This document shows, one piece after another, positions 1-10,200 of a stretch of 54,477 nt of DNA. How positions within the stretch are numbered: the first letter of the stretch is position 1; the number at the start of each line of letters is the position of its first letter. Origin of the DNA: a virus (lineage: Duplodnaviria; Caudoviricetes); the IMG/VR virus record IMGVR_UViG_3300017956_000016, positions 1-54,477 of that record. One strand, given 5' to 3'. The notes beneath the pieces were generated by a model, which worked only from the letters and a program-made list of their open reading frames with translations, made no database searches and was not told the DNA's origin. The position numbers were made by a program, and so were the translations under genes.

Positions 1-762
1 CTGACCGTCAGCATGTCTGACCAATCTTGCTAGTTTTTTGAGATCTCTCTGTCTGTCCTTATTGTCCTTGAAAGCGTATGCTGCTTTCTTGTCATCCTTA
101 GGAGCAGGTTCTTTCGCAATCTTCTCATATTTTGCTCTATCTACTGCTTCGCCCAGGTCGGGATGGGGTGCATACAGGGGACCCTGGTAGTTACCAGCAA
201 ACACTTCTTCTTTCTTCATGGCTGCTCTCTTTGCTGCTGCTTTTTTAAGTAGTCTTTGTCTTGCTGCTTCTTGCTCATCCTTGGGAATAGCAGTGACAGC
301 ACCAACTTTCTGGTCTACATCACCAGGGGCATATCCTTCGTTTGCCTTCTTCTTGGTGTCCATAATAGCACCCTTACCATGCTTCTTACGAATCTCTGCC
401 TTCACAATGTCCAGAGCAGACTTGCCCTTGCCGTGTTCTTTCTCCAGTTGTTTCTGAACCCAGGTTTTACCCTCAGGTTTTTTGCCCCCGCCACCAGATG
501 ACTTAGAAGGATAACGGGTGTTGCCATCAACTCCACCACGCTCCATACGGCGATCTCTTAGACGATCTGCCTCTTCTTCGTTAATAAATTCTTCCTTCTT
601 CATCGGTAGACCTTTGTGTTTGGTAGAAGCAAAATCTTTGGCGTCTTTCTTCTTCATGCTGGCAGCAACTTTGGCAACCTCAGGCGATGCTGCTCCTTCA
701 CCCTTTTGAGCAGCTCGGACCATACCCATAAAACGCTGTTGTTTGATAGATTTGGCGGGCAT
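1..762 (-). CDS. Lys/Glu-rich protein with N-terminal DUF3008-like domain, probable head-internal or scaffold-like protein (3' end runs out of the window)
   Basis: Not in the ORF track because it has no stop in the window. Manual translation from ATG at 762: MPAKSIKQQRFMGMVRAAQKGE...SMKKKDAKDFASTKHKGLP, open to base 1. The MPAKS..QQ and ASTK.KGLP pattern resembles DUF3008. Lies just downstream of gp16. Confidence 0.75.
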   Translation of the reverse strand, partial: MPAKSIKQQRFMGMVRAAQKGEGAASPEVAKVAASMKKKDAKDFASTKHKGLPMKKEEFINEEEADRLRDRRMERGGVDGNTRYPSKSSGGGGKKPEGKTWVQKQLEKEHGKGKSALDIVKAEIRKKHGKGAIMDTKKKANEGYAPGDVDQKVGAVTAIPKDEQEAARQRLLKKAAAKRAAMKKEEVFAGNYQGPLYAPHPDLGEAVDRAKYEKIAKEPAPKDDKKAAYAFKDNKDRQRDLKKLARLVRHADGQ

Positions 763-763
763 C

Positions 764-1048
764 TTACTGTCTCGCTACTTTGGTGCATTTGAGACCAGCG
801 CCATCGATAGTCTCCAAGGGATCCTTTTCCAGATAGAGGACGCCACCTGCTTCGATGCTGACGTTTCTGCTACCCAAAGCAACATACTGACTGTCGCCAA
901 CGTTTCTCTCGGCAACCACAGCAGCATCATCAACGACGAGCACGATGGTTGCAGCAGTGTCATTCACAACACGCACGGCAGTTGCCTTGCTCAGGTTGGT
1001 TGCAGCACTGAGAGTAACCTCAGACGCTAATACTCTTACTCTATCCAT
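764..1048 (-). CDS. Hypothetical beta-rich protein (94 aa)
   Basis: ORF with AGGAG Shine-Dalgarno upstream and a late promoter at 1074-1081. Packs tightly between gp16 and the next gene. Confidence 0.75.
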   Translation of the reverse strand: MDRVRVLASEVTLSAATNLSKATAVRVVNDTAATIVLVVDDAAVVAERNVGDSQYVALGSRNVSIEAGGVLYLEKDPLETIDGAGLKCTKVARQ

Positions 1049-1072
1049 CGGTAATAAGGTCTCCTACAAATA

Positions 1073-1486
1073 CTATTTATCACGTTGCTGTTTTAAGAAT
1101 TTGGCGAGATCCGCTGTGCTACCTACAAACATAGTATTGTTTGTGGTGTTGACCTCTTTGGTTTTCTTGGGATTCTCAATCTCAGCGACCTTCTTTTGAA
1201 GGTCTACCAGTTTGTCAGCAACGTCACCGACATGCTTGATTAACTGACCAGCAACTTCATATGCACGAGGTTGATCAGATTCCTGCGCCAATTCAAGAAT
1301 CCCATCCACTGCCTCTTGTCCCTTCTCGATGAGTGAATAGAGATTGCCACGAGTATACTCATAGTCTTTCTTCAACTGCTCCTTGGTTGAAGTTGCAATC
1401 TCCTCTACCTTTTCAACAGCAGGTTTTTCTGTTGAGACAATATCAGTTTCAATATCTAGAGCATCTTCAATGCCCTCAAACTTCAT
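1073..1486 (-). CDS. gp16: Terminase small subunit
   Basis: DYEYTRGNLYSLIEKGQEAVDGILELAQESDQPRAYEVAGQLIK and NNTMFVGSTADLAKFL are typical T4-like gp16 motifs. Start reassigned to MKFEG (1486) because the track start at 1660 overlaps gp15 by 170 nt. Confidence 0.93.
   Translation of the reverse strand: MKFEGIEDALDIETDIVSTEKPAVEKVEEIATSTKEQLKKDYEYTRGNLYSLIEKGQEAVDGILELAQESDQPRAYEVAGQLIKHVGDVADKLVDLQKKVAEIENPKKTKEVNTTNNTMFVGSTADLAKFLKQQRDK
1074..1081 (-). promoter_or_regulatory. T4-type late promoter (GATAAATA)
   Basis: Matches the NATAAATA gp55-type late promoter. Overlaps the gp16 stop codon and lies about 25 nt before the next ATG. Confidence 0.7.
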
Positions 1487-1490
1487 GAGT

Positions 1491-2285
1491 TTATTCGTCG
1501 TTTCCTGTGACTGGGTTTCTTGAGAGTCCATCTGAGTATTCACTATAGAGTTCATTAAATCCGAAGTTATCATCTGGGTCAGCATCCAGAGGATCTGGAG
1601 TGACTGTATAACGCACTTCCCTGGGAGCAGTGATCTTTGATTCTGTAGCCATGTCCACAATAGCCTTGGTGATAAGCTCGCCAGACTTGTCTTGGACAGG
1701 ACCGTAAAGATAGGTCTTTGCTTGAAACTGTAGGGTATATATCAGAGTGCGTCTTGTATCATAGTCTCCCTCATACTCATCACTATAATCTACAGATGTG
1801 AGACTCACAGGATAGTCTCGTGTCTCGCCAAGATCAGCGACAAGATTCATTGTCAGGTTAAAGCTTGGTTGGAAGTAAGGAAGGATCTGCTCAAGAATTT
1901 GCAGGGCGTCGTCTTGATTCTTGGAAAGAATTGCCAACTCAAAGTTGATGTTATAGGGAATTGGCATGAATCCCTTATATGTTGCCTCTCCAGACGTATT
2001 GCGAATATACGATGTTGGGGATAACTTTCTAGAGGGATCGTATGCAATGCCATTGATCTCAAAAGAGATTCTAGGCAGAGTGATCTGCACTTGATCTTGT
2101 GTCGTCAAGTCACCAACCTGACGTAGACGAGAAAGAAACTTTTGCTTAGGTCCGTATGCCAAAGGCACCTTCATCACTTCTGTTTTACTTCCAGAGGTGC
2201 GTCTAAGCTCAATGTTATTAAAGAGGGTGCCGAAAGCAACAACCGTCTTCTTAATAATCTCGTGGTATGAATAAGTTCCTAGCAT
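1491..2285 (-). CDS. gp15: Tail sheath stabilizer / tail terminator
   Basis: YHEIIKKTVVAFGTLFNNI, VPLAYGPKQKFL, LPRISFE and LQILEQILPYFQP motifs; position after gp14. Confidence 0.95.
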   Translation of the reverse strand: MLGTYSYHEIIKKTVVAFGTLFNNIELRRTSGSKTEVMKVPLAYGPKQKFLSRLRQVGDLTTQDQVQITLPRISFEINGIAYDPSRKLSPTSYIRNTSGEATYKGFMPIPYNINFELAILSKNQDDALQILEQILPYFQPSFNLTMNLVADLGETRDYPVSLTSVDYSDEYEGDYDTRRTLIYTLQFQAKTYLYGPVQDKSGELITKAIVDMATESKITAPREVRYTVTPDPLDADPDDNFGFNELYSEYSDGLSRNPVTGNDE

Positions 2286-3406
2286 TACTGTGCGTTACCA
2301 AACTCGCCAAATGGATTTGTCTCTGTGAAATCCAGGATATCATCTGCCTCAGATTCAATATTATAGTTTTGATCGACAGTATCGCTTAGATTCGTATTAT
2401 TTAGCGTATTGTAAGTTTCAGGACTCCAGAGAGCACCTGAAGTTAGACCCTTGACAGTTTCGCCAGTGTTGAATGTGCCAGTGCGATTGATCACTTGGAG
2501 TTCTCTTGTAGAAGAATTCCAGGACTTGACTTCTGCTCTGTTGTCTTTTGGTGAGTAGTCGATTGCAACGGATGGAGCGCTAGTATAACCATTACCACCA
2601 GATGTAATAGTGATGCCAGTAACGAGACCAGTAGAGTTGACTGTTGCGGTTGCAGTTGCACCTGTGCCTCCTCCTCCAGTGATAGTAACGGTTGGCGGTA
2701 TGGCACTATTATAGTGGTTTCCACCATCAGTCACGGTGAGTGCAGTGACAGTATCTCCAGTGATCGTTGCCGTTGCTGCTGCCCTATAAAGGTCACCAAC
2801 AATTTCTTCACCGACAACAAAGTCTCCAGTGCCACCAGGATCCATAACGAGTTTGATGGATGCAGCAAAGTTTGTCTGAATAGCATCAACCTCAGCAACA
2901 CCAGTGTCAATGTCTTCATCACTGTATTCAAACAGCTCACAACGAAGACCCCAGACATGAATCTTACCTAACTGGTAGAAGGGGACTTCATGCTCCACAA
3001 ACTGAATCTCAAACGTTTTCCCTGCCATAGGAAAATGCACAAGGTCTCCCTCATTGGGACGACCCTCCACAATCAGTGTGGTGTTATCGTCTACGGCTTC
3101 TTGGAATCTTTTGCGAGAGATGATAAAGGTTACCTGATCAGATACCCTAACCCCAAACTTACTAAACATGTCTCCGTCTCCACGGAAACCACCAGCATCT
3201 TCAACATATGCTTCAATCTCAAAAGCATCATCAAACCTAGAGAGAGTATCTTCTCCAAAGATGCTGTCTTCTTTAACAATAGTCCTGGGAATATAATAGA
3301 TATTTTTCCCAAACATCTTGATCTGCTCGATGATCAGACTCTCTTGGAGGTCTTGCTCACCCGACGTGCCTTGTGTGAAGTATGAGTTGAGTGCCATATC
3401 AGCCAA
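2285..3406 (-). CDS. gp14: Neck / head-closure protein
   Basis: IIEQIKMFG..YYIPR, SKFG...DQVTF, RPNEGDLVHFP, FEIQFVEHE.PFYQLGK, CELFEYS and C-terminal DFTETNPFG motifs. Carries an inserted Gly/Thr-rich module. Confidence 0.95.
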   Translation of the reverse strand: MADMALNSYFTQGTSGEQDLQESLIIEQIKMFGKNIYYIPRTIVKEDSIFGEDTLSRFDDAFEIEAYVEDAGGFRGDGDMFSKFGVRVSDQVTFIISRKRFQEAVDDNTTLIVEGRPNEGDLVHFPMAGKTFEIQFVEHEVPFYQLGKIHVWGLRCELFEYSDEDIDTGVAEVDAIQTNFAASIKLVMDPGGTGDFVVGEEIVGDLYRAAATATITGDTVTALTVTDGGNHYNSAIPPTVTITGGGGTGATATATVNSTGLVTGITITSGGNGYTSAPSVAIDYSPKDNRAEVKSWNSSTRELQVINRTGTFNTGETVKGLTSGALWSPETYNTLNNTNLSDTVDQNYNIESEADDILDFTETNPFGEFGNAQ

Positions 3407-4199
3407 TCATGTCCAGTGGAGGTGTTTCCCAGGTGGTGCGGAGTTGCTCGTCGAGAATCTTCAATTCCTCAACAGCATCATTGTAAATCATCTCGCCATT
3501 TAGAGTAACTCCACCAGGCATTTGCACGCCTTGGAATTTCGTCAGGTTTTGACCCCACTGCTTTTTAATCTTTGCAGTGGCATAGTCTTTAACCCACATT
3601 TGATTGTAAATCTCTGTCCAAGTTGTAGGATCCATTGCCCTCCAACATTTGATCACAATGTATTGATCGACCAATGCATCTGCTGTCCAGTCAAAGTCGA
3701 TATACAGTCTATCCTGCACTTGCGAATAGCGAACAGGTTTGATACCTTCCAGCAGGAAATCAATAGTTTCCAGATGCTGCTGGATCATATAGTAATGATA
3801 AAACTGTGTAGATGTAAAATCATACAGATCATTCAGACGCATCTGATATCTGATGTCAAACATGTTACGAGTGCCCTTGTCTGTGAAGGAGAATAGACCT
3901 TCAATGGAAAGGATATGATCAGGCACCTCAATGTAACCATTACCCTCTTTCCAACTATCGTTACCAGCCTTTGAGGTATAAGGGGTATTTGTTTTAGCAC
4001 GATCAATAACATCTTGAGTAATCTGATGTTTCAGATATACCCTCTCAGCACCATCGTAATGGAATTGCTGAAACTTTTGAAGCGTATAGTCGATAGCATC
4101 ATCGACCTGATCGTCGGATACATTGACCTCCAAGACTGGTTTACCCAGTCTACGGAGGCAGTATTCTTTGAGTTCTGCTTTAGATGTTGGAGATGCCAT
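3399..4199 (-). CDS. gp13: Neck / head-tail adaptor protein
   Basis: LKEYCLRRLGKPVLEVNV, WVKDYATAKIKKQWGQNL.KF and MPGGVTLNG motifs. Confidence 0.95.
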   Translation of the reverse strand: MASPTSKAELKEYCLRRLGKPVLEVNVSDDQVDDAIDYTLQKFQQFHYDGAERVYLKHQITQDVIDRAKTNTPYTSKAGNDSWKEGNGYIEVPDHILSIEGLFSFTDKGTRNMFDIRYQMRLNDLYDFTSTQFYHYYMIQQHLETIDFLLEGIKPVRYSQVQDRLYIDFDWTADALVDQYIVIKCWRAMDPTTWTEIYNQMWVKDYATAKIKKQWGQNLTKFQGVQMPGGVTLNGEMIYNDAVEELKILDEQLRTTWETPPLDMIG

Positions 4200-4205
4200 T
4201 AGTTA

Positions 4206-7200
4206 TCAGCGAGTGAGAGCGGCGAGAGCAGCCTTGAGTTGGGTAACAGTTGTAATACCAGCGTCATTACCGATCGCATTAAGAGCGGTATAGATGTCAT
4301 CAATATCAGCATCATTAGCATCTGCTGTTGCACCCTGAGCAGCAGTTGCATAAGCAGTGCTGTTGGTAGTAGCAGCACTGCCAAGACCAAGGGTAGTGCG
4401 AGCAGCAGATGCAGATGCATCATCAATCAGAGATGCACCGAATGTGCTGATTGTGGGGGTGCCAGTCAGATCACTATAAGCACCAGAGGTTGCGACAGTT
4501 GCAAGGTCGGCAGGTTGAATGGCAGAGTCTGCCAGTGTGCCTTGAGCAGCGGTAGCATAGTTTCCAGAAGCAGCGGTGATCCGAGCATCGGCGCGAGCAT
4601 CTGTGTAGTAAAGGTTAGTAAGACCCTCAGAGAGATCGTCTGTGCTTGCTGCAGCGATTCGTGCATCTGCACGAGCATCTGTGTAGTAAAGGTTGACAAC
4701 ACCCTCAGTGATGTCATCAGTTGTCTTAGTTGCAAGGCGAGCATCCCATCTTGCAGTGGTGTAATACAGATTTGATCCTTCTGCCAGGTCGGTTGTAGTC
4801 TTGCTGCTGAGGTCGAGGTTTGCACCAACTTGAAGTGCAATACGAGCATCAGCAAGTCCATTTACCTCAGCATCAGTGCGCTCGGTGAAGCTAAAGACAC
4901 CAGTAGAAGCGTTGTAAGACAGATCCCCAGAAGCCCCAAATGCACCCCTAGCACGAGAATTTGTAAAGAAGACATTCGTCGATCCCTCAGTTACGTTGTC
5001 GGTATTGATATCCGACTGAGTAACCGACAGACCACCGCTACCATCATGTGTAATACCCACTCCATATGTAAAGTGGCTACGAGTGCGAGCAGCAGTTGTG
5101 AAGAGGTTTGTAGATCCTTCAGTCAGATTGTCTGTATTGATATCAGATTGGACTGCACTCAGAGTCAGCAGGTTACCTGCATCATCGTAGGTAGCAGAGA
5201 TGCCAGTGCCACCACTGATCAGAGCAGCAACACGATCATCAACTCTCTCATCGGTGAAATAAAGGTTGCTAGTGCCCTCTGGAAGACCGTCAGTCGTGTG
5301 ATTAGCGATGCTACCAACCTGAGACAGGTTATAGGTAATGGTGCCAGTCACATTCAGGTTACCAGCAACTTCAAAGTCAGTAGTTGATTTGAAGTTGGAA
5401 ACCGTGAGTCGGTTTTCAAATGGGTTATAGGTGAGGTTAGTGGAGTCTGTGCGGACCTCGGTGTATCCCGTGTTTGCAGAGACAAACGGGACATAGTAAG
5501 TAAGGTTAGAAGATGCAGTCTCTGTAATGTTAACCAGATCTGCCTTATCGGCGGTGCCTGTGAGGTTACCAGTAACATTACCAGTGGTCGTGCCAGTGAC
5601 AGTAAGGTTGCCAAGGACGCTAGCGTTGGTTGTAACTTCAAGACTGTTGAGAGTTGCCAAACCAGCACCAGTGATGTTACCAGAAGTGGATTGCAACTCA
5701 ATCTTAGTCGTGCCAGCACCGTTGTTGAGTTGCAGTGCCTTAGAAGCGCCCTGCAGGACAACGTTATCGTTGAAACGAGTTGTGCTGTTTTGAGTGATTG
5801 TATTGTTGAAGGTTGTGGCACCGTCAACATTCAGTGTGCTGTCGAAGTCAACAGCATTAACAACATTCAGTGTGCTGTTGAGAGTTGTAGCGCCAGTAAC
5901 ACCCAAAGTGCCTGCGATATCAGTATTACCAGAGGTGCCTTGGACTGTAAACTTGTTAGTGTTGATCAGCAGAGATCCACCAACGTTTGCAGTTGCACTT
6001 GTAGTGATACTGGAGGTGTTGATCGTGGTGAATGTCGATGTGCCAGTAACACCAAGAGTGCCACCGATATTAACATTACCACTTGTGCCATTCAGAGTAA
6101 TGGTGCCAGCGTTGTTGGGACCAAGTGTCAGCAGTTGACCGAAGTAAACATCTTCAGCAACGGTCATACCACCATTGCTCAGTCGGACAGCAGCATTAGA
6201 GCTGAGACTTGAGGGGTTTGTGCCGTTGGAGAAGAGGACTCTACCTCTGAATTCCTGACTACCCTTCTGGACCACGTTACCATCTACAGTGAAATCACCA
6301 TAAATTTGGATGTCAGCCCCAAAGGCAACGTTACCAGCGAATGAAGCGCCTCCAGAGACCCTCAGAGCGCCTCCAGCAGTGAAGAGTGCAGGTAGGTTGG
6401 TAGTGTTTGTTGTATCAGTGATAGTGACAATATCATTGACTTCCAGAGTGCTGTCCAGATCGACAGCGCCAGTGACATTGAAAGTATCGTCGATGACAGT
6501 AGCACCTTCAACATTCAATGTGCCTTGAATATCGGTGTTACCAGTTGAGGAAGCAACGCTAAACTTAGTGATCGAAGATCCATTCTGAATTCTGATAAAC
6601 TTAGATGCAGAATTAAGAGTGATGTTGTTGGTGAAGACAGACACACCAGCCACATCGAGTGTGCCATTGACTGTCAGATTATCATCAACAATCGTTTCAC
6701 CAGTAAAGGAATCTAAGGTCAGAGCACCAGCAGATGTGCTGATCTCAGAAGATGCATCAACACCGATCTTGATGTTGTCTGCTGTGATATCAGTAGAGGT
6801 GATCGCATGATTAAAGGTAGTGGTGCCATTGATGACATGGTTGTCTGTGCCAGCATTACCAATAGTGGTATTGCCATCAACTTGCAGAGTGCCAGTTACA
6901 AAGAGGTTTGCCTGGTTGTAGATAGCACCAGTAGCAGACTGGAATGTTAGAGCACCAGAGTTAGTATCGATGACGTTATTAGCAACAACGCCGATTGTGA
7001 TGCTATCGATGGTGACATCAGTAGCAGTCATGGCATTGTTAAACTGGACAGTGCCCGTCACAACGTGGGAGTCTGTGCCAGCATTACCAAGAGTAACGTT
7101 ACCGTCAACTGTAAGTGTGCCATCAATCTGAGTGTTGCCATCAACATTCAGGTCAAGATCAACGTCAAGGTTGTCGGTGATGTTAACAGTGCCACCGACA

Positions 7201-10200
7201 GAATCCAGGATCAGGTTACCTGCCGTTGTGCTGATCTCGTTAGGAGCGTCAACACCGATTCTGATTTGATCGGCAGTGATATCCGTAGAGGTGATCGCTT
7301 GGTTGAATGTGACTGTGCCGTTGACAACATGAGCATCAGATCCAGCGTTGCCAATAGTTGCATTGCCTTGGACCTGCAGAGTGCCACCCACATAGGTGTT
7401 ACCTGTGCTGATACCAACGGTAAAGACTGTGCCAACGTTGAAGTTATTCTGGGTTGACAGAGCACCAGTAACACTCAGGTTACCACCAATGGCAGCGTCA
7501 TCAGTAACTGTCAGATCATCACCCACATACAGGTCAAGACCGATACCAACGCCACCGCCAACAATCAGGGTGCCAGTAGAGGCAGAGGTGGAGTTTGTGA
7601 CATCAAACAGTTTGATGCTACCAGCATCCAGACCAGAGCGAGTGCCAGAGAATGCTTCGCTAGCGTTAGTTGCGTTGTGATACAGAGCATAGCGGCTTGC
7701 TGAGTTATCCCAACCGAAGAAACCGACTCGTGCTCCAGAATCATAGTATCTAAACTCAATACCACGATCCTTAGCATCGGCTTGGGTAGGAGCAGTATCA
7801 CCACCCAGAGTGAAGACGGGATCGTCCAGGGTTTGTGTGGTGGAGTTAATAGTTGTAGTTACGCCGTTGACAGTCAGGTTACCTTCAAGGACCGTGTTGC
7901 CATCAACAGTGAAATCTCCGTTAACTGTGACATCATCAGTAAAGGTAGAAACACTGTTAACAGTAAGAGTGTCAGTTGCAGCATCACCGATTCTAGTGTT
8001 GCCATTGATAAACACATCTCTATTGAATGTGCCATCGCCATGGACAGTCAGTGTGCCGAGAGCAGCGGTGCCCTGACCGACACGACCAATTACAGTGTTG
8101 CCATTATCGAAGTCAACACTAAACTCTGTCTGTGCAGATCCGTTTTGAATCTGGAATGTCTTGTTGCCACTTCTAAGAAGGACATCGTTATAGATGGTTG
8201 TTGCACCATCAACAGTCAGAGTGTTGTTGAAGTCAACCGCACCATCAACATTAAGAGTGCTGTCAAAGTCAACTGCCAGATTAACCGTCAGGTTATCTGT
8301 GATAGTTGTATCAGAATTGATTGTGAGGATGTCTGTGCCAGCGTCACCCAGAGTGATGTTGCCATCGACCTGTAGAGTTGACTCAAAGTGGACAGCAGAT
8401 CCAACGTCCAGAGTGCCACGAATATCGGTGTTGCCGTTGGTGGACAGGACAGTAAACTTATCAACTGTGCCATTGGTAATCTTGAAATACTTACCAGTGG
8501 TATCCAGAGTGATGTCATTATGGAAGACTGCATCGTCATCCAGATCAAACGTGCTGTTGAATGTTACGGCACCATCAACATTAAGAGTATTATCAAAGTC
8601 AACGGCAGAGATAATATTAAGAGTGCCTTGAATGACAGTATTGCCATTATCAGTATCAACTTCAAACTTAGTGACACTACCGTCATTGATAGTGAAAACA
8701 GTGTTTGGACCAGAAATCCTAACGTCATCTTCAAACGTGGTGTCGGAGTTGACCAGGACAGTATCTGTCGATGCGTTACCCAAGGTAACGTTGCTATCAA
8801 CCGTCAGATCGCCCTGCGTATAGATGTCGCCATTGGAAGCGGTGACTGTGAATTGACCAGAGTTGATGTCAAAGTCGTTGGCGATATCAACAGTGCCGCC
8901 GACATAGACATTCTCAGAGATGCCAACACCACCTGTGACAACTAGCGTGCCTGTTGTTGTGGATGTCGATCCTGTGTTTGTCGTAAGCCTGAGGTTACCA
9001 GCAATGATAGCAGCGTCAGTGCCAGCATAGACTTCATTTGTGTTGGTGGCATTGTAGAGGAAGCGATACCCGCCAGTGCCATTCCATATGTTAGCGTCTG
9101 CATAGTCTTCATCCCACCCGAAGAAACCAAACCTCTCCTGACTATCATAGTATCTAAATTCGATACCACGGTCAAGGTTGTCATCTAGTGTAAGAGTATC
9201 CTCGCCACCAAGAGTGATAATGGGATCTTGGATAGTCGTTGTTACGCTATTGACTGTGGTTGTGGTGCCATCGACTTGAAGGTCACCACGAATTCTCACA
9301 AGACCAGTAACGTCATCATCGTCATTGGGATCCAGCACCATTGTAGAGTTGGTGGTGGACAAGACGTTATCTTGGAAGTGATAGTCTTCTACGTTGACTC
9401 TGCTGTTGACATCAGTAGCATAGATCGTGATGTCGTTGTCTGCCGAGATATCGAGCAGCGCCTGACCAGTGCCAACGTTTGTCGAAGCAATAGCAAACGT
9501 GCGATTGCTAGCAGAGTTTTGGGTCAGGAAGATATCCAGGTTACCTTCGCCATACTTATCAATGAGTTGATCAGTGGCACCATCAAGATCAATATTAGGA
9601 TCCGAGAAATAGGAGCGGACATTGACATCAATCTCGCCAGCGCCACTGTCCCCTGTATTATTAGCGCCAAACAGAAGATTGCCGCTCGTGTCATTAACTT
9701 TGACGTAGTTAAGATAATTGAATCCTCTGTATCCAGTGGTGCTAGTAAGCTCCTGGTCAAGCTCAAAATCTTCTTTTGTATTTCCATCAGCAAAAGAGAT
9801 TCTATTATTCTGAAGTTGCCAGTTGTCAACACCAGCAGCAGCGATGCTAACGAAACCACCTTCATAGGTGTTAGCAGGATCCCAAGAAGTAACATCAAAG
9901 TCTTCTTGGTTGAAGGATGCGAGACCTTTCTGAGGACTCAGAGCAGATCCGAGATATCTCCAAGAGCCTGCGTCAGAGGTGTCTGTATGTGTAGGCTCGC
10001 CGCCGCCTGCGTTAATATCAAGGATAGCCTCATAAAGGCGACCACTTGAATTTCGGACCTTATCATAACGAGAATAAGCAATAGCGTTATCATACAAGGC
10101 ATCTTCAGACCCCTGTTTTGCCGTAGCGATAGGGATAGTCCTTGCATAGGTGAAGCGACCATAACGGTCTGTGGTGAATTGAGTTGTATTAACAGACTCA

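Noticed and set aside
1487-1660. N-terminal extension of gp16 given by the ORF track
   Set aside because: It overlaps the gp15 C-terminus by 170 nt. The ATG at 1486 gives a typical gp16 length with no overlap.
4594-4720. CRISPR-like repeat (identical 23-mers 78 bp apart)
   Set aside because: Only two identical copies, in frame within a coding peptide repeat, with similar intervening sequence and no cas genes.
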